64,000 nucleotides of DNA from Octopus bimaculoides (GCF_001194135.2 NC_068990.1:29230164-29294163); one strand, 5' to 3'; positions 13,070 through 27,227 are shown, counted from the stretch's first letter. Notes: generated by a model not told the origin, from the sequence alone. Program-made: numbers and translations.

Positions 13070-13453
13070 AGATGTAAATTGATCAGAACGTTGGTCATCT
13101 TTTAAGTGAAAAATCTCCAGAATAGAATTTTTTAAAACCATTTCTGACATGTACGTTCTGTTAAGCAACCGATACTATAAACTTCACATATCTCTTTGAG
13201 AGCCTCAGCAGCTTTCTTGCCTTTATAGAAATAAAGAAAGCAAAATGTGGAAAATGTTCGTTTTTGCACTCCATGTTAAAACTGACGCTGAACTGACAGC
13301 TGTAAACAAAATTACGAGCAATTTGCTTCTGAAGTAAACTAAGAGTAATGGCTATCAAATATCAGAAGGAAAAAATGATTACAATGACAAAAGTGATTCC
13401 AAAAAATTGTAAATCTATTTCCGAAAAACGAAATTACTTGCTTGCCAACCCAA
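13070..13453 (-). mobile_element. Mariner transposon 5' relic (TIR and transposase N-terminus)
   Basis: TA-TTGGGTTGGCAA terminus at 13455-13442; ATG at 13274 gives MECKNEHF../YKGKKAAEALKEICEVY...LTERTCQKWF, the HTH region of Mos1/SETMAR-like transposases, frameshifted. Confidence 0.85.
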
Positions 13454-13691
13454 TACATGTTGATTAATTGAGATACTCCAGCAGTCTGTTGGAGTATGTC
13501 AACCGATCAACATGTAGCTTCCTTAATGTCCCTTTGCCTTGATGATATTTTTCTCTAAGTCTTCAAAATGCAAACTTGTTTTATTCTATGGGCTTGTATA
13601 TTGAATTGAGTGTAAATTGAAACACTTGTAGGCAATACTAATTAATAAAATAATTTATATCTGTTAAATCTCTCCATTTTCTTATTTAATA

Positions 13692-13758
<67 letters not shown>

Positions 13759-14869
13759 NNNNNNNNNNNNNNNNNNNNNNNNNNNNNNNNNNNNNNNNNN
13801 NNNNNNNNNNNNNNNNNNNNNNNNNNNNNNNNNNNNNNNNNNNNNNNNNNNNNNNNNNNNNNNNNNNNNNNNNNNNNNNNNNNNNNNNNNNNNNNNNNNN
13901 NNNNNNNNNNNNNNNNNNNNNNNNNNNNNNNNNNNNNNNNNNNNNNNNNNNNNNNNNNNNNNNNNNNNNNNNNNNNNNNNNNNNNNNNNNNNNNNNNNNN
14001 NNNNNNNNNNNNNNNNNNNNNNNNNNNNNNNNNNNNNNNNNNNNNNNNNNNNNNNNNNNNNNNNNNNNNNNNNNNNNNNNNNNNNNNNNNNNNNNNNNNN
14101 NNNNNNNNNNNNNNNNNNNNNNNNNNNNNNNNNNNNNNNNNNNNNNNNNNNNNNNNNNNNNNNNNNNNNNNNNNNNNNNNNNNNNNNNNNNNNNNNNNNN
14201 NNNNNNNNNNNNNNNNNNNNNNNNNNNNNNNNNNNNNNNNNNNNNNNNNNNNNNNNNNNNGCCAGCTTCCAAATCCTGTTTTCAGGTTAAGTAAAACCGA
14301 TTAACCTTTAAACCCCAGTATCATTTTTCCGCAAATTTTCTGGAACAAAAAAATAACAAAATTGGGTTTAACATGGGAAATTATTTCAAAATACGAAATT
14401 TGAAAATTTTGACGTAATTTTATAATCTCATAATATATGACAGCAACAGGGAAGACCCTACAAAAGTAGAGAGACAGATAGTTATAGGACGTCACACACT
14501 CACACACACACATTTACAAACGTACACAGCGGTAATCATGAGTTTGAAATGGTGTATAGTTGACATATGTAGGTATGTATGTACGTATGCATGTATGTAC
14601 GTATGAACGTATATGTATGTGAGTGTGTTTGTGTGTGAGAGTTTCTTTGCGATGGACAGCAGAAGAGTCACCCCTCTCTCCTTAAAACTACGTATTCCTC
14701 ACACTCACCTTTCTGTGAGTGTGTGCGTGTGTGTGTGTGTTGTATCTATATATTTACGGAAGTATTATGCAGCGTCATGTGTATAACAGTTACATTAACG
14801 TTATCACCCCATTACCAACGCTGTTCTTACCTTTACTGATACAAGTCACCCCTCTCTGCTACTACCTTT

Positions 14870-15085
14870 CCCTCAGACATATTTTTCGCAACCTTCTCAT
14901 TTTATCATATAATTCGCCCAAGGCCTCTGTGGGGCGCATTATAGATTTTTATTGAATCCAATTAACCTATTATTGAATTGGATATTAGTGTAACATGTAT
15001 GTAAAGTTTCGTGAACATCGGTTCGGCAGTTTAGACACTAAGATGATAACAGACAGACAGACAGAAATTGCCATTTATATATGTG
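14870..15085 (+). mobile_element. Possible Helentron-associated non-autonomous element (HINE-like) 3' part
   Basis: GTAAAGTTTCGTGAACATCGG...TTTAG...(CAGA)n...GCCATTTATATA resembles the usual layout of HINE/DINE-type ends; recognised by pattern only. Confidence 0.45.
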
Positions 15086-15110
15086 ATATATGTATGTATA
15101 TATGTGCATA

Positions 15111-15368
15111 TGGATCTAGGACTTTTCGTCTTAAACACTTCGGTCTTATGTGATTTGATCGAAAGTGACTTTTGTCTAAATACAATATAGTCTGAAGACA
15201 TTTTTGTCTAAACTCACTTTGGTCTAATAACTATTTTGTCCATAGAATCTCAAAGAAAATGTAAAAGATCTAAATAACTATACTCTAATAATCCTTTTTG
15301 TCTTCAGACGAAAATGCTTTTAGACCAAAGTGTTTAGACTAAAGTGTTTTCAACCAAAGTGCCGTATC
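15111..15368. repeat. Degenerate short-unit repeat with inverted ends (possible non-autonomous DNA transposon)
   Basis: Left half repeats CACTTTGGTCTAA-like units and the right end carries the inverted TTAGACCAAAGTG units; ends GGATCTAGGACTTT and AAAGTGCCGTATCC are imperfectly inverted. Confidence 0.5.
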
Positions 15369-16001
15369 CCATGCATATATATATATATATATATANNNNN
15401 NNNNNNNNNNNNNNNNNNNNNNNNNNNNNNNNNNNNNNNNNNNNNNNNNNNNNNNNNNNNNNNNNNNNNNNNNNNNNNNNNNNNNNNNNNNNNNNNNNNN
15501 NNNNNNNNNNNNNNNNNNNNNNNNNNNNNNNNNNNNNNNNNNNNNNNNNNNNNNNNNNNNNNNNNNNNNNNNNNNNNNNNNNNNNNNNNNNNNNNNNNNN
15601 NNNNNNNNNNNNNNNNNNNNNNNNNNNNNNNNNNNNNNNNNNNNNNNNNNNNNNNNNNNNNNNNNNNNNNNNNNNNNNNNNNNNNNNNNNNNNNNNNNNN
15701 NNNNNNNNNNNNNNNNNNNNNNNNNNNNNNNNNNNNNNNNNNNNNNNNNNNNNNNNNNNNNNNNNNNNNNNNNNNNNNNNNNNNNNNNNNNNNNNNNNNN
15801 NNNNNNNNNNNNNNNNNNNNNNNNNNNNNNNNNNNNNNNNNNNNNNNNNNNNNNNNNNNNNNNNNNNNNNNNNNNNNNNNNNNNNNNNNNNNNNNNNNNN
15901 NNNNNNNNNNNNNNNNNNNNNNNNNNNNNNNNNNNNNNNNNNNNNNNNNNNNNNNNNNNNNNNNNNNNNNNNNNNNNNNNNNNNNNNNNNNNNNNNNNNN
16001 N

Positions 16002-16046
<45 letters not shown>

Positions 16047-16092
16047 ATAGATGCGCGCGCACACACATAACATATATACATATATATATATA

Positions 16093-16250
16093 GTGAGAAT
16101 TTACAAAAAACAAAAGAAGAAGACGGGTGTGTAAAAAGTTGTATTAGTTTAACGCTCTTCGACAGAAAGGAACACAGAGATATACAGGGAGAGAAAATAG
16201 AAAAAGGTTTATTGGCAAGCGCTCTATCATGGCGAATGCCAGACAGAGGG
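16093..16250 (-). mobile_element. Repeat family E (PLE-terminus-like) with internally deleted hammerhead
   Basis: Homologous to 62578-62766 and 32488-32683; reads CTTT CTGTCGAA GAGCGT and jumps to TAAACTAATAC. Confidence 0.7.
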
Positions 16251-16432
16251 TCACACAGGAGAGTGAGAGAAAGTTGTGGTGAAAGAATACAGTAGGGTTC
16301 GCCACCATCCCCTGCCGGAGCCGCGTGGTGATTTCGCTCAATAAATACTCACAACGTCCGGTCTAGGAATCGAAACCGCGATCCTATGACCGAGAGTCTG
16401 CTGCCCTAACCACTGGGCCATTGCGCCTTCAC
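16250..16432 (-). mobile_element. SINE family C, 5' half
   Basis: Matches 10980-11166 and 63030-63210. Confidence 0.85.
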
Positions 16433-17155
16433 ACACACANNNNNNNNNNNNNNNNNNNNNNNNNNNNNNNNNNNNNNNNNNNNNNNNNNNNNNNNNNNNN
16501 NNNNNNNNNNNNNNNNNNNNNNNNNNNNNNNNNNNNNNNNNNNNNNNNNNNNNNNNNNNNNNNNNNNNNNNNNNNNNNNNNNNNNNNNNNNNNNNNNNNN
16601 NNNNNNNNNNNNNNNNNNNNNNNNNNNNNNNNNNNNNNNNNNNNNNNNNNNNNNNNNNNNNNNNNNNNNNNNNNNNNNNNNNNNNNNNNNNNNNNNNNNN
16701 NNNNNNNNNNNNNNNNNNNNNNNNNNNNNNNNNNNNNNNNNNNNNNNNNNNNNNNNNNNNNNNNNNNNNNNNNNNNNNNNNNNNNNNNNNNNNNNNNNNN
16801 NNNNNNNNNNNNNNNNNNNNNNNNNNNNNNNNNNNNNNNNNNNNNNNNNNNNNNNNNNNNNNNNNNNNNNNNNNNNNNNNNNNNNNNNNNNNNNNNNNNN
16901 NNNNNNNNNNNNNNNNNNNNNNNNNNNNNNNNNNNNNNNNNNNNNNNNNNNNNNNNNNNNNNNNNNNNNNNNNNNNNNNNNNNNNNNNNNNNNNNNNNNN
17001 NNNNNNNNNNNNNNNNNNNNNNNNNNNNNNNNNNNNNNNNNNNNNNNNNNNNNNNNNNNNNNNNNNNNNNNNNNNNNNNNNNNNNNNNNNNNNNNNNNNN
17101 NNNNNNNNNNNNNNNNNNNNNNNNNNNNNNNNNNNNNNNNNNNNNNNNNNNNNNN

Positions 17156-17210
<55 letters not shown>

Positions 17211-19499
17211 CATACATACAAACATACGTACATACATGCATACACTGTGTACATGAATATATTATGTATTAAAATATTCATAGCAGTTGATATTTGCAAA
17301 ACCACACAATCACACAAACATTTTTATATTAAATGAAATCATACGTACGCCATACAGGTAGAAACTGATAAAAAATTCATAACGAAACAATCACACGAAT
17401 GTGTGTGTGTGTGTGAGTGTTTGTGTGTTTATGTATCTGTGTGTGTGATTCATGTTTGTATATTTATATAAACATATATCTATCTATATATGTATATGCA
17501 TATATAAATATATATCCATAGATTTTTCTATGTGTGTGTTCATGTGTGTGTGTATCTCTATGTATTGATGGAAAGATTAACATACCAATAGAGATAACTC
17601 TATATTCACACAAAGGTATACTGGTATACGTACATATTCGCGTTTAATTCTGTCTTAAGTGTCTTGTGTAGGCGCGTATAGCCACATATTCGTGCATATT
17701 TAGCATTTTTGACGTGTATATTTAAATGTGTGTGCATGAATATATGCAAACTAGTGTGTATGTATGTTATACATATATATATATAGATATATGTGTGTGT
17801 ATGTATAAATTTTATACACATATAGTGTGCATCTATATATTCATATGTGTGCGAGTGTGTGTGTATGTTATATATATATATATATATATNNNNNNNNNNN
17901 NNNNNNNNNNNNNNNNNNNNNNNNNNNNNNNNNNNNNNNNNNNNNNNNNNNNNNNNNNNNNNNNNNNNNNNNNNNNNNNNNNNNNNNNNNNNNNNNNNNN
18001 NNNNNNNNNNNNNNNNNNNNNNNNNNNNNNNNNNNNNNNNNNNNNNNNNNNNNNNNNNNNNNNNNNNNNNNNNNNNNNNNNNNNNNNNNNNNNNNNNNNN
18101 NNNNNNNNNNNNNNNNNNNNNNNNNNNNNNNNNNNNNNNNNNNNNNNNNNNNNNNNNNNNNNNNNNNNNNNNNNNNNNNNNNNNNNNNNNNNNNNNATAT
18201 ATATATACATGATACATAAATATATCTCATGCTTTCTACTTCACCAACTATCAAACAAAAACAAAAATAAAAGTAGAACAAAAACCATTCGTATTTTCCG
18301 TCTTTTTTTATATCTTTGTTATTTCATTTTTATGTTTATTTCTTTAATTATTTATTTATTTTCGAAAGGAAGAATATTTCCATCTCTTTTAGTTTCCATC
18401 ATCTCATCTCTATCGATGTATTTGTTTGTCATCAAATATGTGATATGCAATATTGGAATCGGGAATTCAGATTTTAAGTGGAATTGCTTTTGGTATCTTT
18501 TATTTCATCCCCGTTGTTTGTTTTATACGCTTTTGTTTTTGTCCGGTGGTTGTTGTCTTTTCATTATTTTGTTGGGGCTTTTTTTTCCCCAACTTCTATG
18601 TTTCCGTGTATATGTGTGTATTCGTGTTTATGTGAGGGCGTTTGTGTGTGGATGCGTTTTATTTTGGTTTTTTATTAGTCTATGGAATGGAGAGGTGGAA
18701 AGGTTTGCAACAGAGTTCTTCACTCATGCCCAATGGGGACTTTTTTTTCCCCCATATTTAGTAATTCAATACTTTCCTATAGCATTGGTTTTTATCCTGA
18801 AACAATATATTTTGTATATATATTTATATAATATTTATACATTTAAATGGGTTTCTTTTAATTTTTCGTTTTTGAGTTGTTTGCTTTTTTGTGTTTTTTT
18901 TTTCACCAATGCTGTTTATTCAAAATGGTGTGGAACGAAACCAACATCTGTTGTGCAATAGAATCCTTCTAGCACAGAGCCAAATTCCTCATCTGAAAAA
19001 ACATTTAAATATTTAAATGTTTACTATCAGCATCTAGCTTATCAAACAAAATTACTGCCGTTTGCTCCCTTATATCACTTTTTCCAGTATTTCTATGGTT
19101 TATACCGAAATTTGAAACACTTAATCTTCAATAAATTCAGTATTAATAGAAATAATTGTCTTTGAGTTGTACTAATGAGATATAAACCCCTGAATGCTGC
19201 ATCTACAGTTAATCCAGAAAAAGACCGCGTGGAATGTATAACTTAAGCTAGATTTGAACATCTTCTATGTTTTATAGTTCGGGGTTATCAAAGCAGATGG
19301 AAGGAAGATCGTGTTTAAAATTTTAACACTGAATACTAAATTTTAAATGGGTTCGAACTTTCACCCTCTGCTTTAAATTGGGCATTAGAAAATTACTTCT
19401 AAATCAACGTCTTGAACACAAAAAAAAATAGACAAAAGGAAATAGTTCGTTTATTTCGAGATAATTGTTCAACAGGAAGGCAGACTGACACGACACACA

Positions 19500-19582
<83 letters not shown>

Positions 19583-20239
19583 NNNNNNNNNNNNNNNNNN
19601 NNNNNNNNNNNNNNNNNNNNNNNNNNNNNNNNNNNNNNNNNNNNNNNNNNNNNNNNNNNNNNNNNNNNNNNNNNNNNNNNNNNNNNNNNNNNNNNNNNNN
19701 NNNNNNNNNNNNNNNNNNNNNNNNNNNNNNNNNNNNNNNNNNNNNNNNNNNNNNNNNNNNNNNNNNNNNNNNNNNNNNNNNNNNNNNNNNNNNNNNNNNN
19801 NNNNNNNNNNNNNNNNNNNNNNNNNNNNNNNNNNNNNNNNNNNNNNNNNNNNNNNNNNNNNNNNNNNNNNNNNNNNNNNNNNNNNNNNNNNNNNNNNNNN
19901 NNNNNNNNNNNNNNNNNNNNNNNNNNNNNNNNNNNNNNNNNNNNNNNNNNNNNNNNNNNNNNNNNNNNNNNNNNNNNNNNNNNNNNNNNNNNNNNNNNNN
20001 NNNNNNNNNNNNNNNNNNNNNNNNNNNNNNNNNNNNNNNNNNNNNNNNNNNNNNNNNNNNNNNNNNNNNNNNNNNNNNNNNNNNNNNNNNNNNNNNNNNN
20101 NNNNNNNNNNNNNNNNNNNNNNNNNNNNNNNNNNNNNNNNNNNNNNNNNNNNNNNNNNNNNNNNNNNNCCCTTTACTTGTAGGGCTCGTATTTTAACACT
20201 CAAATCATCCAATCTCGTTAGTTGAATATAGGAAGAATA

Positions 20240-20497
20240 AGGACGTGTTGTGTCCTTGAGCAAGACACTTTATTTTTCGTTGCTCCAGTCCACTCAACTG
20301 GCAAAAATGAGTAGCAGCTGTAATTTAAATGACCCTACTTGTCACATTCGGTGCCCCGTTTAATTTTCATGAGAACTACTTTTAGGGTATTCGTGTCCGT
20401 GGAGTACTCGTCCACTTGCACGTTAATTTCACGAGCTGGCTGTTCCGTTGATCGGATCAACTGGAACCCGCGTCGTCGTAACCGACGGAGTGCCAGT
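20240..20497 (+). mobile_element. Hybrid SINE: CORE-like domain of family B joined to the 3' half of family C
   Basis: TTGAGCAAGACACTTTATT...AAATGAGT is followed by CTGTAATT...CACTTGCACGTTAATTTCACGAG...CGTCGTCGTAACCGACGGAGTGCCA. Confidence 0.75.
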
Positions 20498-20627
20498 GTT
20501 GGAAGGGTTCATTTTTGAAACGTTTTCTCTCGCGATCTAATCGTCTACTCTATTCTGAGTCAACTATATGAGGAATCGCTTCCATCCGTTTCAATAACGT
20601 ATCTCAATTTCAGTTAAAGACAAGCAA

Positions 20628-20790
20628 AGACATGGCTGTGTATTTAAGAAATTTACCTCCAAACCACGTGCTTTTGGTTTCGATCCTATTGCCTGAAACC
20701 TTGGGAAACTGTCCTTTTTCATATCCCTCGGCCGAACATTTTTTGTGAACAGATTTACTCAATGGAAACTGAAGAAAGCCCGTCGTGCAC
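20628..20790 (+). mobile_element. SINE family A, diverged 5' half
   Basis: ATGGCTGTGT...AAACCACGTG...GGAAACTGAAGAAAGCCCGTCGT. Confidence 0.65.
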
Positions 20791-21659
20791 AGACAACCAC
20801 ACATGTACACACATATATACACATACACATATACATACACACACACACATACACATGCATATATGTATGTACGGGCATATGTATGTATGTTTGCATATAT
20901 GTATGAATGAATGTGTCTATGAGTGTGTCTGTGTCTGTGTCTGTGTCTCTCTGTGTCTGTGTATTCGCTCATTTCATTTAGATCTTGTCTTGATGTTATG
21001 CGTAAGTTGTAAATAAGCATCACCGTCATTCAATTGGTGTCCTTTGTTTCCGATCTTCTATGAAATCATGTCCGGCCATGAAGAAATATTGCTTTGCTTG
21101 GATGCAAGTTAAGGTTGACAACAAAAAAGGCATCTGGCCATACAAAATCTTCCTCAATATAATCCGTCTGATCTATGTAAGCATGGATAAGTGAATTTTA
21201 AAAGATGATCGTCATCACCATTATTATTATCAGTATTACCATCGTAATAATTAACTTCTTATTGAGCTTTTTCAGTTCTATTCCCTTTCTCAACATCTGA
21301 CATATAAAGCTTAGTAATCTAAAGCTTTCTTTCTTACTCTGTCATAGTGAGTAGGTATGTTGTGTATTTCTACTCTTAAACGTATATTCTGTTTATTTCC
21401 TTTTTTTTTCATTCAACATCATCCACAATTAATAAAGGCACACTAAAGCCTTTCTGAGTCACATATCATTGAATAGACAGAATATTGTGCAGTTACAATT
21501 GAATTCTAATAGGTAGATTTGACTTATGCTTAGAGGAATATTTAATTCTATAGCTTAGAGCTTAACGAGTGGCAATGTCTCCTATACAATTACGGCTATC
21601 GTTAAAGCTGTCCCTATTGACAGCTTGTGATATTTCTGTTTGAGGATTAACAGAAATTC

Positions 21660-22500
21660 TAATCGTCTATATACAATCATAAAAAACAAATCTAGGCACC
21701 AGCGTTAGAAGAATAGCATCCTATATATACTCCGACAAAAAAATATTTAATTACACGTCTCACTGTTATAATGATGTGCTGAAGAAAATCGAATTTGAAG
21801 AGAAGCTGGAATGAATACAGTAATGGAATCCATAGAACAAAAATAAAAGGGAAAAACAAAAATAATCATTTGGTTCAAACTTCCCTTTAGCATTGAAATA
21901 GTGTCTAACGCAGCTCAATATTTTCTAGCGTTTATCAAAAATCATTTCTCCAGCATCAACACATACCACAAGCTATTCAGAAGAAAAAAAACATGGTAAC
22001 AGATAACTTTAATTTTCTTTATGGGAAACATCAGTATTCTTATAGCTCGAAGCAGAGAATTACTAACACACATTGGAACTGTACCAGCCACTAGAATGCA
22101 ATTGAAGCAATACAATAGCCTGCCATTTCAATTGCATGCGTCTTACAAAAGCATAAGTGTATTGAACCAAATATCATCCGAAAATAGTATTCAGGGGAAT
22201 AATACAGGTCTCACGAAAATTGTATTTCAGGGTATCATTCAAAAACGACAAATCGAATTCTTCTGAAATGGAAATAAAATAAAAGATCGCGCAGACTTTT
22301 CCAGGTTGTGTGGGTTGAAGGTGAATATAACATACACTTCAGTAAGTTTTCAAATTTTCCATTACCTTAATGATCAAAAGATACCTTGTCTGGATGAGAA
22401 ACGAAATTCTCATATAGAGGGCTTCTTAGATACTAGACAAATAAAATATCCCTAACAGAAACCTCACAATCTACAGGAAGGGTAGAGTTCTACTTGTTAC
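21660..22500 (+). mobile_element. Penelope-like element ORF relic 1 (RT C-terminus to GIY-YIG region)
   Basis: Frameshifted segments VRRIASYIYSDKKIFNYTSHCYNDVLKKIEFEEKLE, IIIWFKLPFSIEIVSNAAQYFLAFIKNHFSSINTYHKLF and MGNISIL match the PLE linker pattern IIWFNPPFS..V.TN....FL.LI.KHF. Confidence 0.7.
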
Positions 22501-22737
22501 AGGAACTAGCTGACACCGACATATCATATGAAGATGGTTACAAATTCTAGGAGGTAATCAAGAGGGAGAGGGAGAAGGGGAGAGATGGAGAGAAAGAGAG
22601 ACTAGAGTCATGCCTCTTCATCTTAAGATAAATTACATTTTGGATAAGGTAGAGATGAGATATTTTCTTGGTATTTAGCTCGTTGATAACATCTTGTGTG
22701 CGGCTTAATAAAAAATACATACATACAGATAGACAAA

Positions 22738-22796
<59 letters not shown>

Positions 22797-22899
22797 TGCA
22801 CATATGTGTGTATATGTATGTATGTTTACATGCACCGGGTTACAGGTGTACGTAAGCAAATAGAGGATTCAACATGTACCTGTAACTGCCATTTTCCAA

Positions 22900-23560
22900 C
22901 ACCAAAATTAAATCTCGTAACACTCCACGGTTAACTCGGTTAATGCAACTGTTTCTTCTTAACGTCAAGTCAACTCATGCCAAAAGGTTCGCTATTCTTA
23001 TAGAGAAACATTTCTCAATTCACCGCCACTTCAGAAAACTTCTAAATACAACCTGTTTAAAATTCACCTATAGCTACGCTCTAAACATGAACAGCATCGT
23101 TTCGCGTAGGCCAAGAGAATCGCCTGAAGCAAGTTGCTCGTGCAGAAATATCAACGAATTTCCGCTCAGTCAATCGTGTAATGCTGAATCCATAGTATAA
23201 GAAGCAGAATGCACCTTTACGAAACTGAACCAATTGATAGAGTGTAAAAATACATAGGAATATTTGAAGGCAGATTCTTGCAACATTATTTCAAACATTC
23301 TTCGTCATTCAAATATTTTGAAGGCAGAATCTCGCAATTTTATCAAACTACTGTTAGTGACTAAAGTAACACAGCACCGATTATAATATTAAATAGTATC
23401 TTCAAATAAATTAGACCCTATATGAATAACAGAAAAAGTGCAGCACTTGTAAAAATCAATAAAGCCTCATATTTAGAAAAATAATAATAATGCTATGGAG
23501 AACCATATCGCTAAACCTGAACTCTTTATGAATTGTCAACAATTCGATAATTACCTACTG
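22900..23560 (+). mobile_element. Penelope-like element ORF relic 2 (GIY-YIG endonuclease region)
   Basis: NVKSTHAKRFAILIEKHF...LKFTYSYALNMNSIVS...CSCRNINEFPLSQSCNAESIV*EA, then a frameshift to KYIGIFEGRFLQHYFKHSSSFKY (YIG at 23251-23259), later RPYMNNRK.CSTC. Confidence 0.75.
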
Positions 23561-24154
23561 AAATCCTAGAAATTTACACTATCACCAAATTAAACAGAAA
23601 TACAGTGAACTATCAGCCACACAACTATTTTACTTGATACATTTCTTCTTTCTTTACTTTTATGTATATCAAGAATTCATTTATCTAACCCTGCAATCTA
23701 AATCTTGACTTTTACAGTCTGACTTTGAAACAATATCTTCAATGCCTTACAGTCTGACTTCTAAAACAATACCTGCGAAGAGAGATCCACTATGTTATTG
23801 TTATTTTATTGCATATATACATTTCCAACTTCAATGTATTGCAAGCCATTTCTACCACCTAATTTACTTATATATCGATTGATTATATTATACAGCTTTG
23901 CATTCTTTTTTTTTTTTTTTTTTTGACCTTCCACATCGAACTACGTCATCCCTGCTACCACACCAACTCTATTCCTTTCACCTTTCCCATTTCGTTATTT
24001 TCCTTCTTTTCATTTTATTCCGAAATAATTTTCATCTATCTAATATTTTTTTTTCTTTCTCTTGGTATATCAAAGTACTTGATGACCTCATATATCATTC
24101 TCATATTCGTGTTATTACTTAGAAATAACAACAGCCTGATATTTCAGTGTGCAG

Positions 24155-24190
<36 letters not shown>

Positions 24191-24779
24191 TCCTTTATCT
24201 TTATGTGTGTAAGCATACGTATGGGTGATTGTATCCGTATGCGTTTGAGCCCGAAATATATTTTCTTCGATTTCTTTTCACTTGTAGAATTAGTGCCTTT
24301 TTCTTTTTTCATTTTCGTTTTAATCTCTTGGGATACCTTTTCCATTTCCGAACTGCCATCAATTGTTTATCGGAGGATTTGGGAGAAGTGTTTGTGTGTG
24401 AGTGTGTGTGTCTGTGTGTTTGTGTATGTATTCTACTTCTTTAAGCCTCGACACTAGCACAGCAGTGGTGCCAGCCACGATCATCAACTACATCTCCCTA
24501 TGACTACAAATGACAACCACGAATGCAAGCGCCTTTCGTATGAGCTACACTTACGATTGTAAGGTCAAGTTTCTATTCTCAAATCAAGCGGAATATTGTC
24601 TTTTTAAGCAAAAGACATTCGAGTCAGCTGAAAATGAGTCCAGGAAAATGGCGGTTAAGACTTCGACGGACTGGCGTCTCGTTTAGCTGGTGGGTCTTCT
24701 ACTCAAAGTATCATAACAGCTCAGAAGCCAGTGTAATCTCAGCCCAAATAAACTTGTAGGTTTATTTCAAACTATTATA

Positions 24780-24928
24780 TACACATAGATTTTATGTGTG
24801 TGTGTGTGCGTGTGTATGAGTGTGTGCATGTGTAAATACGCAACTATACAGGGTATGCGGGAGTCAAATATACATACATAAGCGCAATTATGCGAATAAA
24901 CATATGTATACATATAGCTACATGCAAC

Positions 24929-24990
<62 letters not shown>

Positions 24991-25314
24991 CTGATAGATA
25001 GATAGATATGTGTGCATCTGTGAGTATATATACATATATATCTGTGTGTGAGAGTATATTGATAAATATTTACATACATTTGTGTTGTATGTGTATATAT
25101 TCATACCTATGAATATATATATGCATATATATATTTCGTATAAATAAATATATATATACATATATATACATATATATATACATACATATATATATTCCTA
25201 TATATGTATATACATATGTATAAATATATGCATATATTTGTATATACATAATATATATGCATACATATATATATCATTATATTTACATATATATGTATAT
25301 AAGATATACGCATG

Positions 25315-25365
<51 letters not shown>

Positions 25366-25380
25366 CGAATCTACACACAT
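24780..25380. repeat. (TG)n/(GATA)n/(TA)n compound microsatellite
   Basis: Direct reading. Confidence 0.9.
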
Positions 25381-25499
25381 ATATAGATATCATATTTATT
25401 TACTTCTAATGACATTTTTTCACATATTTAATTTATACCATATTGTTTTCGCTGCTGTTGTTTTTCCTAATATTATTATTGTCTCCGTCTACTTTTGTT

Positions 25500-25537
25500 G
25501 TTGGCTGCTGCTGCTCTTTCTGTTGCTGCTACTACTG

Positions 25538-25574
<37 letters not shown>

Positions 25575-25721
25575 AACTATTACTACTACTACTACTAAAA
25601 CCACCACTACAACCACTATTAGTGGTGCTTGTGATCATTTCAGTGGTTCACATTACATTTTTAAAATTTTTCCTTTTCATTTTTGTGATTAGTCTCATTA
25701 TTATTATTATTATTATTATTA

Positions 25722-25795
<74 letters not shown>

Positions 25796-26207
25796 ATTAT
25801 TATTATTATTATTACGGTGCTTTTTTTTTAAACTGAGTTCCTGTTGTTTTTGCTTTTGTCTCTTTTTTTATCTCTCTTTTGATTTGGCTTTCTTGTTTAT
25901 TTGTTTACTTCACGGTAACAATCAAATTTGTTTCAATTTCAACAAAATACCAACTGAAAACATTTTCTCTTATGTTTGACAATTTTTTTAAAAAATAATT
26001 TCGAAAATGTAATAAACTATTTTTATTATCATTAATGATAATAACAATAATAACAATAATAATGATAATAATAGTAATAATAATAATGATGATAATAATA
26101 ATAAAATAACATCATTATCATCACTATTATTTTCATCCTCATCATCATTGTTCATATTATTTGTATTAACACCATTATCATTAATAATAATAGTAATAAC
26201 AATAACA

Positions 26208-26258
<51 letters not shown>

Positions 26259-26325
26259 TTTTATTGTTGTTGTTATTAGTAGTTCTATTTATTGTTCTTT
26301 TGTACTTATAGTCACTATCATTACT

Positions 26326-26389
<64 letters not shown>

Positions 26390-26469
26390 CCATCCTGTCA
26401 TTCTCATTATTAATGATATTATTTTGTAAATAAATAATAATTATCATTATTATTATTATCATTATTGTA

Positions 26470-26544
<75 letters not shown>

Positions 26545-26700
26545 GTTGCTGTTGTTGCTGCTGCTTTAGCATTATCATTTTGTTTTAATATTATCGTTAT
26601 TACTGTTACATTATCAATATTATTGTTATTGTTATTACTAATATCATTATCATTGTCGGTTATTTCAATTATTGTTTTATTTTTGTTATATTTTATTAAC
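25500..26700. repeat. (ACT)n/(ATT)n/(AAT)n/(CAT)n cluster
   Basis: Direct reading. Confidence 0.9.
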
Positions 26701-27227
26701 ATTCTATCAAAATTGCTTCAATGAAATTTGGTGTAAAAAAATCTAATGAGAATCATAAATATATAATTGAATTTTTTTCACGTTTCGCTTTTTATTTTTG
26801 TTTGATTTTATTTATTGTCCAAACTTTAAGGGAAATAAATAAATATTTTTATCTCCGAAAACTTAATTTTTGGTTTGTATTTTCTGATGCATGAGTGATT
26901 GATTAAAATTCTACAAAATAACAACAAAAATTAAATTATAAAATTTTACATAAATATTTAAAAGAAGTAAAAATCAGATATTTGATTCTATCAGGAAAAT
27001 AACTTTGTAATGGAGTTGCTAAATTTTGTACTTTGTGATTCCATGTTCAAATGCTATTTATGGTTAAGAATTTAGAATTATTTCGGTTTTCTGGGAGAAT
27101 ATTGTAATATGAGGGCGATAATGCTCTCCTATGGATAATAGGGGATATATTAATCAACTTATATAGAAAATGACAGTTTGGCCGAAATCTCTAAGAATAT
27201 GGTCATCCAGGTAATATCTACAGAGTA

